Shown: positions 1 through 12,784, numbered from the whole stretch's first letter. The stretch: DNA of 54,312 nucleotides, filler included, from Sphacelaria rigidula (GCA_964200075.2; 5 parts of 5 records of this genome joined end to end with filler, not necessarily neighbours in it); one strand, 5' to 3'. The notes: generated by a model not told the origin, from the sequence alone. Numbers and translations are program-made.

Positions 1-93
1 GTAGGAACGATGCGGCGTCGCGAAAGGGATGCGAGGCCAATGGTCGAACGCCCGAGGCAAGCAACAAATGAGTGCGCCCCCCCCCGCCCCCCC
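1..93 (+). repeat. 3' end of the same C-tailed element as 40447-40540
   Basis: gtaggaacg...aagggatgcg...caatgg...gaggcaagcaacaaat.agt.cgcccccc in both places. Confidence 0.8.
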
Positions 94-149
94 CGGAGAT
101 CAAAGTTCTACCAAAGTAGCGGAGAGTATATCTCGAGTGGTATTTTTAT

Positions 150-405
150 AGGACGAGCACTCGAGTCATTGGTCGTTGTGGGAAAATGAATGACTCGAGC
201 ACACGAGTCATTGCTCGTTGTGGAAAAATATATTGACTCGAGCACACGAGTCATTGCTCGTTGTGAAAAAGTTAACGACTCGAGCACACGAGTGATGGTT
301 CGTTGTTGCGCAAAAGATGGATGACTCGAGCATACAAGTCATACTCGTTGTGTTTTCAAAAAACATCCACGAGTGCACTCGTTTCCACGAGCAATGACTT
401 GTGCG
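150..405. repeat. Tandem array of ~42-46-bp hairpin units
   Basis: GACTCGAGCACACGAGTCATTGCTCGTTGTG(G)AAAAA about five times, followed by an inverted partial unit (acgagcaatgacttgtg). Confidence 0.85.
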
Positions 406-2230
406 ACGTGTGCAATTTTTCGAACATTGTCATGATCTTTCTTTTTAAAATATTGAAGAAGTTGATCAAGAAACACAAAAACCGAAAAGTCTGGTGGGCT
501 TTACGAGGTTCGTAAAATTGCTTCTGCTCCTTGCCCACTCTACTTTACCGATGACCTCGGATGCCGGCCACCCTCACACACATGTATGCACACGAGCGCA
601 CGGTAGCGACAGCCTGCAGCCAATCTGACAACACTATTTCACACCTCGCCAAGCTTGCCCGAACCACTGGTAGGTACTCGAGGTCCACGACGCGGAACAT
701 GATTCCCTAAACGTGATAATGGTATGTGATGACCATGGGGGGGCGGCGTGTCTGCCGTCTCATCGGTCTCCATGCCAACGATCTCTGTTGACATTTGCTG
801 ACCGCACCCGCCAACGCCTCGGCAATAAACTAGAGAACCGCACGCTGGGTGCTCCTCCCTCCACCTCCCCCTCCACCCTCCCTCACAAACTCGAATTTGC
901 GATCTTGAGGCCTATGTGTCCAGAAATGTTTTTGGGTAGACCCTTAGCCTATCTTGGAAGAAGATAAGTTATTTCTTGTCTCTGCTGGCCCCTATTCATC
1001 CGATGGGCGGCCTACGAGGGCAGCGCTCTCCTGGAGCCCTCCGGCGGGCGCATGTGTACTCCCGCTCTCGTCTGCGCTACAGGCTGGCCCAGGAGAAAGT
1101 CTAGAAATTACTCCCTATGCACTACTACTGTGTGTGTGCTGTCATCCCATCTACACCTAAGAGATTATCTTCTAGAAGAAACAACGTCGCATTTTACAAA
1201 ATGGGTTTCAACTCCAAACAGGTAGGGTTGCAAACTGGACGCGCAAGTGCCAATTCAGTGATAAAGCATCGGCGGCGAGCGGCAAAGTCGCGAAGTCCAA
1301 CGCCCCCCCTCCCTCCCTGGCTGGTGAGGGGCGGAGAGGGCGGGGCGCCGCCTGAGGCGAGAAAGAATGCGGTATTTGGCTTGTTTCCTCTTAAAAAATC
1401 ATGGTCAATTGTCAAGAACGTGTTCCCCCCTCACATGAAGAGGAAGCTAAGAGGCTCGGATGACATTAAAACCGCATCCAACGTGGTGAGCGATTCGAAA
1501 ATCGTTCATCGATGTACTATGTATACCACAGCAGAGACTCTCCATGAGGAGTAGTGGGGGATGGGAACAAGTAAGCCAAGGCTGGCAGCACATGGGGATG
1601 GGATACGAGGGCAGAATTTTCCACGTCCGGACCGAAAACATGCACGAAGTTGAAAAGCAAGTCATGGTGTATTTTGTACGTTGTGGTTGCGGGTTGTTAG
1701 TGTGATATTTCTGCGGATGTGCAATGAAACGGCACACCTTGGCATATGACCGCTCCATCATTTCGAGGTGTGGTGGGTGTATGTGCTGCATCATATTCAG
1801 AACGCTTCTCACCACAAAATTGCCAATTTCCGATGGAGGTTTGACGTTTCGAAGTTCCGCGCCAAGCGTCGCACCGGATACAAGTCACGCCTTTTTTTTT
1901 TTATTCCTTCATATTTCCTCATCCGACTGACCAGCCGTCGACGTACCAGCTGTCGTCGAAATATGGACAACTCTAGCTAGCAGCTGTTGTGAGGTGCAGA
2001 GCTGGAACGTTTGTATACCACTTGTTGTGCTACGTGTACTGTTGTAGAGTGCAGACTTCCATTGTACATATATAGACATATATATATACCGTAATGCATC
2101 TTTGTTATACAATCACACCGTACTAAAATTGGTAGAAATTTTAGCCGTTACCGGTATAACTCGAATAAACTGGATAACTGGCGCCTCGTCCAGTTTAAAC
2201 GACGACCGGTCCAGTTCTCAGCCATAAAAG

Positions 2231-2494
2231 CAGTACTTTCCCTGGCCTGAAGTCTATTTTGGGGGGTTTACCGTCTTCCGTTCACCCAAAAGGTATTGGC
2301 GAAAGCACTCTCCTGCCTCAATTTCGGGATGAAGAGGGGATACATGTTAGCCCGAAATTAGTAATTTGGACACACAAAATTTTGGGGGAGCGAAAGACGG
2401 GGGACACCCAAAATCAGTTTCAGAAAGGTTGGGCAGCATGAGGTCGTCCATAATCTTCTTCATTTGTCATGACTTAAGGTCAGGAAAATCACTG
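2231..2494. mobile_element. Possible MITE
   Basis: Imperfect 18-bp TIR cagtactttccctggcct / aggtcaggaaaatcactg. Confidence 0.4.
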
Positions 2495-2756
2495 TTTTGG
2501 AGCTGAAATTCATTTGAATGTTCAACCTCATTTTCGAATATAATTCCTTACCTTCCGGCATGTACGTATATATATATATATAGATAGATATATGCGCTCA
2601 TCACTAGGCAAGTCAATTTCTCTGTCAAATCGGTCGGGTAATCCTTGTAGGTTACTCAACAGTTCTGATACTACTGACGTGGCTTCAGGCCGGAATCGAT
2701 TGGTGTAATCGGGGGTTATTTCTCGGATGATGACACCGTTATACTTCACGGCTATT

Positions 2757-3105
2757 CAAGTGGCATAGTCGGTAACCTCGACACCGTCTGACAGTTGGGA
2801 GCATGGGTTCGGATCTCGGGGAAGTAACAACATCTGGCATTTTTTCTCGCTTTATGTACAACAATGGAGACCGATTACGTCTTCGGTACACAAAGTTCGA
2901 CTTCACGGTCGACGGGGGAAAGGGACCCTTGAACCCTTCGCGCAAATAACAGTGAAGTAAGCACAGCGGAAGGAAGGAGTAGTACTAGAAACAAATTAAT
3001 AACTTCTGTGTTGACCTTCCTTCTTTGTGACCCCGGCTGAGGCGCCGACATGTACCACGCAAGGTGTAGACTGGCGCCCAGAACAGACGCGATGGCAACA
3101 CACAC
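2757..3105 (+). mobile_element. SINE family A, diverged copy
   Basis: GTGGCATAGTCGGT...GGGTTCGGATC head; shared body (gtcgacgggggaaaggg, gtgaccccggctg); CA tail. Confidence 0.75.
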
Positions 3106-3151
3106 GATCCGTGTTTTTACGTAGGGTGGTGCTTATCAGGGTGATTAATGG

Positions 3152-3152
3152 C

Positions 3153-3235
<83 letters not shown>

Positions 3236-3269
3236 AAACAAAAACAAAAACAACAACAAAAACAACAAC
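3152..3269 (+). repeat. (CAA)n microsatellite
   Basis: Directly visible. Confidence 0.97.
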
Positions 3270-4182
3270 GGCGCAACAGTATGCCGAATCTATGTTGGTA
3301 TTGAGTGCACGTGCCCTCAACCAGTCTTCTTCATCCCACGTGTCTTGAAGCGATCCCTCCGCATTCCTCGGGTCGATATACAACAGTAGCTTTACACTGC
3401 AAGCCTTTCAACACTGTGTGGACTGAACTTTCAGACGAAATCCAGGTCGGTTGGTCGCCATATTGTTGGCATTTTATGACCATCATCATCACGCGCAATA
3501 CGTGATATTGTGCAAACGAAAGTATCTCATACCACAAATACAAAGAGAGGTATTACGTGAAATAAGAGATCGACTATTTTTTTTTATCGGTGACAAAAAA
3601 AACAACGCAAATGTCGTCACATTTCGAATCGCTCGGTCGATCTGACTTTTTGATGGCTCAACGACGGCTTTTGACGATCACACGACGTGAGCACTATGCT
3701 TGTTCGATGCTGTTCGATGTGTAAACCGGAACTTGCTTGAAATATTTAAAACAACAGGACGTGGCAATGCTGTTATTTTTACCGATCTGATCGCGGGAAG
3801 AATCACAGAAATGACCTCACAGCCCCGCAAGGTGACACATCAGGTCGGAAAAATGCTACAGGCGTATATCCAGGAAGCGAACAGTTTACCCATTTCATCA
3901 GTGAGCGCTCACTGGTTCACCGGATGAACTGTTTGCCTCCTGAACAGCGTCGAGCTGTGGATCAGAGCGTTTACGCGGGTCACTCCACAAGATCTACCTC
4001 GTGGATCGCGTCACGCGAGGTTGATAACACGAGTAATAAAGCGTATCTCCACAACAGAAACAGTCCGTGATCCCAAGAATATTCTTCATTGTGCGCACCT
4101 AAAGGACCCCGGCAATTCAAGTTCGGGGAATTGTTTGTGCACAGACGTGAGCTTTCAAGACGCACGCTAATGTCCTCCTTAA

Positions 4183-4279
4183 CCCTTAGACCGCGAGATT
4201 AGTTTTTCAGGATCATGCATACTTTTTTTCACTCGAAATTGATGCCGTTTCACCAGAAGACTAACCTCGCGGTCTAAGG
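4183..4279. mobile_element. piggyBac-type MITE (~97 bp), TTAA TSD
   Basis: TTAA|CCCTTAGACCGCGAGATTAG...CTAACCTCGCGGTCTAAGG|TTAA; near-identical to 22758-22855. Confidence 0.9.
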
Positions 4280-6892
4280 TTAAGCGCGTCAGTTGTATAC
4301 ACAGTTGGCGTGCTGATTCTGTAGTGTGACAGCAACCCAGCTTTACGTACAGTTTAGACGATGCCTGACCCCAAATAATGGATCAAGAACAATTGATATC
4401 TCCGAAAGACAACGAATACACCCTAAAACGCCGTTACATTCCTAGCTTCTGTTGTCACTACCTACTCCCCCTACATGGATATGCATATGATAGCGATGCT
4501 CAAAGGTTGACTTGAAGTACTTCATTACCCACGTCTTGAGTTTTTGGGGCATTTTTTAAAGCCGATCTACTCCATATGCCCGCACACTCACCACTTTCGT
4601 TCATCTCAACATGCAATTACACAAACATGCAACCGTGAACAGACGCACTCGCAGAAGAAGCCTTTGCGTCGAGTCGAGTTTGCAAGTGCTGCATCGCAAC
4701 ATCCGCATATCTCTACGTATATCGCCAGGTATATGAGGCTCGCACAAATATATGCCCGGGACAACATAGCGTGGATACCAGGTGTTGAAGAGATTTGGGC
4801 TTCGGGTCCTCCATCACTTGTTTTCTAAATCACGATGAAACCTTCGCAGCGACCACAGCGGCGGCGTGAGAGGCATGACTTCGACCGGTAGGCTCACCAG
4901 GACTTTCGCTTATTGCTCAACAATGAGCTTTGTTTTATTGTAAAATCTACCTATACAGCAAAGTTCGAATGGCACTTACGCTGGAAGATGTTACAAGAAT
5001 GTAGGTTGGCTGTTGCTGTCTCGGGGTCTAGCTCTCCCGTTGGTGTGGAGTGTAGAGTGAATTAATGCGTACCGTCGTTGTGTCTGTGCCAGCCTACAAG
5101 AGCATGACGGAGAGCATGACAACGTCATTATATGTATTTGCGGCACGAGAAAGAACAGATGCATGTAAATGCCACCTTACAATTTCTCGGTTCATCTTGA
5201 AGCAATTGCGCTTCTTGAATTGACGGGGGAAATTCAACACGTTGGGAACCAATAGTTTCTACCCAGTCGAATAGACAATCTTGATGTATAACGTCTTTCT
5301 CAGCAAAGAAAGGGCCCTTTGAGGTAAAGCTTCAGCCCCTTGTTCCGGCAGCCAGCAGGAACTTGACTTTCCCTTTGCTCGCGTGACAAAACTCATCTGC
5401 ACCAGCCTTCTGTATGCAGACATCACCACGAAGGAGGGTGAGTGCAGAACACAATTTGAAAATTCATCGGGAACCTGCTTTATTGTAGTCTCGGACAGTC
5501 ACCGAATGATGCTGACGTCGGTTTCTTTAAGATATCATTGTGTTATGACTACCGTCGTGGTTTTTGTTCTACGTACTGCGTTGTACAATGCAGAATGGAA
5601 TTTGCAGTTTCGCACACGGTACGCACAACCGGAGAAACGGGAGTCACGAAATCGATTGAGTTTTCAGCAGCTAACAGGAAGCCGTTCTCACCGGTATCAC
5701 CGCTGCAAAACAGGGCATTTGTCCCCATTCTTGCATGATTTTCGTGCGCATATATATATATATATATATTATTTCCATTCTCATTGGAAGTTTGCAAGGC
5801 CTCCCTGAGAGATGGATTTCAATCTTCACTCGGCGGGTGCAGCCCGGTTTTCACGAATTCGGATATCCGATCAGTACCTCTTCCGCGAATACGGGTAATG
5901 AGAATACAGCACAGTATCGTCCGGTGAATCGCGCTGAATGCCCAGTAGTATTCACACGACGTGTACGATTGCACATTTGTCTCAAATCCCGTCAGTCCGC
6001 GGCAAATCCGGGTACCCGCGAATCGAAAATCCGATAATAGATGTCCGAATCTGCTACTAATCCCGATACCCGTCGAGTTTTTCGATCTGCAGAATCTGAT
6101 TTCATCCGAAATAATGTATCCGGAGTCCATAAATTTGATCGAAATATATATTTTTTCCCACGCACACATTACATTCTACTTCCCCCCATCGCGATAATCG
6201 TTCCCATGTCCACATTTGGACGGTGCGCGCTCCCGAAAATCGAGACTTTTATTGCACAACCCGAAACTGTACACATCGTTGCCCTAAGATGTGATTTCAC
6301 TGTTCTCGGGGGTGACCATGATGTTATCAGGAGCTTGCACTGCTGGCATATCGCGCTGTGTTGGTTATAGAGTGAAGAACGTGGGCCCAGAGCCATTATG
6401 CATGTGATCGTCGTTTTCCCGTATTTTCAGGTTAGAAATGGAGAAGGGGTGGATGAAAAGATTCCAAAAGTACCCCCACCGGCCAGAGCGGACTCGATAA
6501 TTATCATGTGTTCTCGCCAAAGCGCTCAGCAATGGCACGTAGCTACCCCAGAAAGAGCCCACTCCGAAATTATTCTTGTACCTCCACCTATCGCGAGCCG
6601 ACGACCAGTATGCGTGGCACCACGCCCGGCCGTCCGCCGCCACCCGTACGTCTGCCTGACTGAATTATTTTGGTTTATTGATTGTCTGCCTGACGGAAAC
6701 CTTCCACTAATACTTGTAGCTAAACTGTTACACCTGAGACGAAAAAGTGGGATGGTGTATACACCCTGTTACTGGGATCACGGATGATTTTTTGTACAGC
6801 GTTTCGTGTCATATGGGCGGAAGATCAGCTCAGGAAGTCCATCTCCGCCTGTTTTAGAATGCAAGTAAAGAGGTCGCCGAGGCCATCGTGCT

Positions 6893-6894
<2 letters not shown>

Positions 6895-6938
<44 letters not shown>

Positions 6939-7311
6939 GTCGCCCCATCTATTCTGGACGCCGGTCTACACCTTTAGGTATATGTGGACGCACCAGCCGG
7001 GGTCACACAGGAGGAATATCAACACAGGAGGAAGGTCAACACAGGAGGAAGGTCAACACAGGATTTTTTCGTTTTTGTTTGTTTTTGTACTCCATCAAGA
7101 CCCCGCCTTCCTTCTGCGGTGCTTGCCTTAATTTTTTATCGCGAGAGGGGCACAACAGTCCCTTTCCCTCGTCGACTATTAAGCCGAATTTTGTGTACCC
7201 ACGACATAGTCGCTCTCCACTGTTGGGCATGGTGTGAAAAAAAAATCCCAGATCGCTCCGAGATTTGAACCCACGACCCAACCGTCAGAAGGTTTCGATG
7301 TCACCAACTGA
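6895..7311 (-). mobile_element. SINE family A with (CA)n tail
   Basis: Reverse complement of 18298-18652; (TG)n 6895-6937 is its tail; short internal tandem duplication near 7005-7060. Confidence 0.85.
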
Positions 7312-7910
7312 CTTCTGTGATCATGATAATGGGCGAGGTGGTTGATGTTAATTCGTTGGTGAGAAGTCGGCCATAGACAGAGCAAACTGAAGCATGCTTC
7401 ATCTCAATGCTTTACCTCAAAAGGATACTTTTCCCGCTTGGTTTGTCCGGAGGTGTCGCAGGGACGCAAGAACCCCGATGGAAAGACGTCAATCCGTATC
7501 AACAGTAGTATACAGATGACTACGTCTCCAAATGACGTGCTGTACTACAGACACACTGTAGACAGCAGGCTCAGGGGAAGGTGGGTTAACTGGTGTTGGG
7601 CTACAATATGCGTTAATGGTTGACGCATTTTACATCTATCGCTACCCCTAATCCTAAACTCAACCCAAGGCATACTGAGAGACCTCAGGCAAGGGAGGTT
7701 TATCGGGTTCCCTAGGCAAAGTGCAGCCTTGGTAGACCCCGAATCGGCGTCTGTGGCGCCGTCTTGAACGGACACGTATTCTGCAGGGAAAAGAAAAGGC
7801 GCTCGGCCCTGCGCTGCACGTCAGAAGCAGCGAGTCAAAGGCAATAAGCGCACATGAATGAACTATGTTCTAATGCGATGGCGACGGCCCGGTTGCAACA
7901 GCAGCCGTTC

Positions 7911-8024
7911 GTTTCGTTGATGAATCAAGCGGGCATATCTTTGTCCGAGGATCCACCCACTTTTGCTGTTTCGTTGATGAATCAAGCGGGCACATCTTTG
8001 CCCGAGGATCCACCCACTTTTGCT
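7911..8024. repeat. 57-bp tandem duplication
   Basis: gtttcgttgatgaatcaagcgggca.atctttg.ccgaggatccacccacttttgct twice, with 2 mismatches. Confidence 0.92.
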
Positions 8025-8951
8025 GCGGTTAGGAGACGCTGACCATATCCTATGGCACATTACAACGCGGGGTGGGCGTAACCAAGACGTGGCCCATTCC
8101 GTCGTGGATGACGAATTTTACAGGTTTATTCGTCATGAAATTCTCCCGCCAGCGTTCCCGAGTTCGTTTGAAGTCTCTTTCTGGGGATGACTTCGTCTCC
8201 GGCTTGTCCCACTCGGTTGCACGCAGCACTTCTGCAGTACACGCCGCACAGACGCTGCAGTCGGCACGCACAGCCAGAACGAAGCATTATGTCTCGGTAC
8301 ATCCTAATGACCTCTGAATAGCCACCCTGAACCCCACGAACTTTTGCGGATCGCGACCTCTCCGAAACTAGGTCCGACTTATGAAGAAGGTGCGCAAGTG
8401 GGCCTTCCCGCAGCTCACATCAGGGGGACTCGGTATGCCTCGCTAGTGGTCGCACCAATTATCTATGTACCATACCCTTTGGCCCAAACAAGCTCATGCA
8501 TGGTGTTTGCCTTAATATCAGTAACAAAGAAGCAGTCGAGGATACACACGTCGTTCTATAGCACCTCGCTGTACTTTGTTGCTGTGCTGCTGTGGAGTAC
8601 AAGTGCAGTGTATTCCACTGTCCGATTCCCCCCGTTACGGAGTACGCAGGAAGATATACGAGTGTGTTGTCCGTGTCTTGCGTCACCCCCAGAACACTGA
8701 AATGAGCTGGATTCATGGGCCTTCCAGCGGGAAAGAATCTCCGACACATCACTTTGTCCTGCCAGAGTGATTCTTGCACAGTTGGTCTTAACCGACCTCG
8801 AGGGTGGAGACCAATGCTCATGTGAGAGGAGAAGGGAAGTTTGTCTGGTCTGGTTTCTGGTCCAGATCCAGGATCTTTGGAAAAAAACAAAAAAAATGGA
8901 ACACGACTGAAAACTAGACTATGGTACATTTCGTTTCTCTATTCCCCACAG

Positions 8952-9023
8952 GTTCATGAAACTGTTCTATTCCAGCTGCGCTTCGATAACCACTTCGGCT
9001 CAGCTGACCCGGAGAACTTGTCG
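8952..9023 (+). CDS. Putative internal exon of an unidentified gene
   Basis: tttctctattccccacag|VHETVLFQLRFDNHFGSADPENLS|gtgggt; strong splice signals only. Confidence 0.3.
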
Positions 9024-10784
9024 GTGGGTGAACCCCTTGGTTAATGATATTTCAACAGACCATTGCTTGTGGAGCTATGACACGGACATCTAATGCAAAG
9101 TAGGGGACATCGGTGAATCTGTACGATTGTCCACGTAACATCGCATCCCAGTAGCCGGACATACTGTACTGTCTGTATTCACTCCATCTACTCCTCCCAA
9201 CTGTCTGCCCAGAGGGTCTGTAAGATGCACCGCGCTAGGCTTCAGGCGTACCGATCAGCGTTATTGCGCCCGTTGGGAAGTGGGGCAGCAGAGTAAGCTG
9301 CTTCCTTGATGGGTTCGTTTCACGCACTGTACATCGGGTGCAACGCCAGTAGCAATGTCAAACCCTAACCCTCAACTCTTCAACTCCCTTGGTGCTTGGT
9401 CGCGAGCGCCTTACTCCATTCGAAGACCACATTTTTTCAAGTAAAATTGATGCCGATGCAACAAATGACATACTACCCGTGAAAACTGAGGTTTTGCACC
9501 TGTAAAAACCGTTCATTACTTGATTTCAGACGGAATACCAATATTCGGATCTTCAGAGGGGCTGACAGTCCCGAGTGCTCTTAGCTTCCCCAGAGTGCGC
9601 TGTTTTGCACCCTTCCTTGCCCGAGAGATTCCTTGGTCCTGCTATCAGGATGTCGGTTTTTCACTCTGTAAGAAAGAAATTAACCATTTTACGGCAAGGC
9701 CTCAGCTACTGGAGTTGGGGCAAATCGAAGATGTACCGGGACAGAATCTGCCTAATTAAATTAGCGGGCGAAGCCCGCATCACGAGCCAAACCTCCCACA
9801 CAGATCACGGTAACCCAGAGTGAATTGACAGAGGCGCGACTCTGGCCGAGTGTTCAAAGTCGGCACTGGCCCAAAATTGAAGACCTATCCACGATCAGAC
9901 GGGGGACTAAAACATGGGACACGTCCTATTTCACCACTGTACCGCAGCAAAAACACTCAAGCCTTCTCTCATGTGTTGGAGCTTCCACTGTCTGTACTGT
10001 TGTGGCGTGTTAACGCATTGCGAAGACGGTTTGGATTGCATGAGCTGCGATATTGTCGTTGTGTTCCGTCTCTCCAGAAAACAATGTTCGTCGGCACGCA
10101 GTGCTGGCTGCACACTGTTGAAAGCTTCATGGGTGAGTTGACTGTTTCGTCTTCGGTAAGACGAACAACGCGCTATCCGTTGCTGCGACATCCCTGCTGG
10201 TGCCGTGCGTCGGGCGCCTGCACTGTACCGTACTGTTGTACTGTGTTCGGTGTACAGTACTGTATTATCTATGATACTGTACTCGTCTGAAACGCGCCAC
10301 GAGTTAGACCGCACAGCAATTGGTTTTAGACTACTTCCCTGGCGGTTCCCAAGCGAAATGGAGCGATATGATTGGTAAGTTACCGAGCGATCTGTCCCGC
10401 TCCATATGCAGTCTGCCGGAGTTGGAGAGTTGACGGTTAGACGGGTTCTTATCGAAGGGGGTTAAGGCCTGTCTTAGGGCCTGTCTTGGCACTTTTTTAT
10501 TCGATCGAAAAAACGAGGCGGTGGAATCGATTCGAGCGAAAACTTCTCGTTTTGACGCAGTTGGGTCCGGATGGATTTTCAAGCTTTCGATCGAAAAAGA
10601 CAGGGATATTCGTGAAACGGTACATGGTCTGTACTGTTTGTACTGCTTGCAAGTAGGGTGTCTTAAGTGCGTGTGTGCGTGCTTCGTGCAGGAGAAGATA
10701 GAGGGGAAGCGGACTATGTGCAGTGCAGACAGCCCAAGACTATCAGTAGGTCTCTGCGTACAATGCGACTTGAAAATAACTTCA

Positions 10785-10884
10785 NNNNNNNNNNNNNNNN
10801 NNNNNNNNNNNNNNNNNNNNNNNNNNNNTTAATTAATTAANNNNNNNNNNNNNNNNNNNNNNNNNNNNNNNNNNNNNNNNNNNN
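10785..10884. other. Artificial contig spacer (N44-TTAATTAATTAA-N44)
   Basis: Exactly 100 bp, with a six-frame stop linker; identical to the three other spacers. Confidence 0.98.
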
Positions 10885-11519
10885 AATTGAGCATGAAAAT
10901 GTCCCATCATTCAATGTCACTTTTGCCCAAGATCATGGCTACGTCCTGCAGTCACATCATATCACACTTGACGACCACAACGCCTCTTCCTCACGGGGTT
11001 TCACCATGTCTTGGAGTCCTTTGACTTCTCCTCTCGATCGCAACTGGCCACGCTTGGACCAATCATCTCTTGCTGGCTTCACAGGCATTAATTGCGCCGC
11101 TTTCCCCCCACGCTTACGGGCTCGCCAGCTGTCGATCAACCCTCCGCGCCTGACGCACGAGTGATACCACAGCCTGCCCAAGGACTGCCTCAGAACCTCC
11201 TTGACTCTGCTTCTCCAGCCCCTTTCGACGAAGACACACCTTGAGCTGGTCTTCCTGCAAACTGATCAGGCCGACAGGCTTCCCTTTCTTGATGTGTGTC
11301 AGCTGCTTTTCAGCGGACCCACCGCCATACAACTAGCGGACCTAATAATGAAAGTTAACTATTGACCTCTGTCACTCTCAAAACTAGACAGCTCTGTGAA
11401 CCCCTCCCATCATGGGCACATAGACTTCGGCAGCTTTAGTGCTTCATGCATTAACCCTCAGCTACTCGTATTATAGGAGAACAGGACCATAGCCTCTCTC
11501 CACCGGAGTAGAAAACAAC

Positions 11520-12784
11520 CAAGGGTAGGTCGAGTAGAGTATACTCAATACTCAGTATTTTTGAAGACTCATACTTTTAGTACTCGAAGTTCGAGTAGAG
11601 TATTTGAGATCATACTCAACGTACTCAAAATCTGAGTAGAGTAACTGAGGCCGTACTCAGCGTACTCAAAATTTGAGTAGAGTATTTGAGGTCGTACTCG
11701 ATCTACTTAAAAATTGAGTAGAGTATTGAAGGTCGTACTCATCTTACTCAAAATTTGAGTAGAGTATTTGAGACTATACTGAACATACTCAAAATTCGAG
11801 TGGAGTATTTGAGGCCGTACTCTGAGTGATGCTGCGATAGGGTTGCACTTTTTGAGCGAAAATGTATCTCGGGGTGTTGCATGGATAATTTTGAGAGTCG
11901 GGCATCATTTTCACTCGAAAAAGACTGAAAATGATGCCGATTCACGAAAAGGCCCCTGTGTGCATCTCCATGTCCTGTCCCCGGAAATTTGGCTTGCACA
12001 GTAAGCCCCATATATTCAGGCTCCTACAAAAGGAGACCCAGAAACAAAAAGTGCAACCTCTATCGTAGCATCACTCACTCTTCGTACTCAAAATTTGAGT
12101 AGGGTATTTGAGGCCATACTCGAACAACTCAAAATTCGAGTAGGGTATCGGAGGCCAGGTTCGATGTACCAAAACCTATGACTTCAACGTCTTCCTTCCT
12201 CTGGAGACTGTTGTGATATTTTCCCGTCTTGCACTGTTTTTACCGCTAGCTCTCCCATGGAGGAGTCACATGTGTGGCCAGTAGAGTCGCTCATTTTATC
12301 AATACCTACTCGACTACTCGTCTATTCGATTACTCCATAATGATGAGTAGTGCTCTGTACTAAAAGTAATATCGATGGCGTTGCGAGGTATCGAGTATGA
12401 ACTGCCGTGGGTGGGGGCTGGTGAGATGGGGCGCTGAGGCAGGTAGGTCCGTTCACCTGCACACTTTTTATTTTTATTTTTTTGGCCATCATTCGCTCAT
12501 ATTCCTTGTTGGCTGTGATGTTTCGCCGCCAATCTAGTTGATGGCCGTCGTTCGCCCATGCATTCAACATAGTCTGTGAAGTGACGTCACGAAGTCGCCG
12601 ACTGTCAAGAGTACTCACCATACCCAAGGGGTACTCTATACTCAAGTTTTCCTCAGAGTGCTTACTCAATATTTGAGTAGAGTATTTGAGGCCGTATTCG
12701 ACTCACTCAAACGTCGAATTGAGACAATTCTTGAGTATTTTACTCGAGTACTCTAGAGTACATACTCTACTCGACCTACCCTTG
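11520..12784. mobile_element. Non-autonomous TIR element containing a 41-bp hairpin array
   Basis: Perfect 23-bp TIR CAAGGGTAGGTCGAGTAGAGTAT (11520-11542 / 12762-12784); units start at 11581, 11622, 11663, 11704, 11745, 11786, then 12085, 12126. Confidence 0.9.
11824..12076. mobile_element. Nested 253-bp MITE with ~30-bp TIRs and ACTCT target-site duplication
   Basis: GAGTGATGCTGCGATAGGGTTGCACTTTTT / AAAAAGTGCAACCTCTATCGTAGCATCACTC; ACTCT at 11819-11823 and 12077-12081; removal restores the 41-bp period. Confidence 0.9.

Noticed and set aside
2996..3389. Poly-N/T/L/V ORFs, and VCVC/THTH ORFs at 6784-7237 and 46908-47571
   Set aside because: They are translations of microsatellites and SINE bodies.
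10829..10840. TTAATTAATTAA as a biological motif or piggyBac site
   Set aside because: It is a synthetic six-frame stop linker embedded in N runs.
10957..11332. Minus-strand coding-like ORFs
   Set aside because: The frames are short and overlapping with no recognisable motif or splice structure; possibly a decayed TE fragment, but unsupported.
11581..12170. CRISPR array (also 150-405)
   Set aside because: There are no unique 20-50-nt spacers, no cas genes, the context is eukaryotic, and the array lies inside TIRs.
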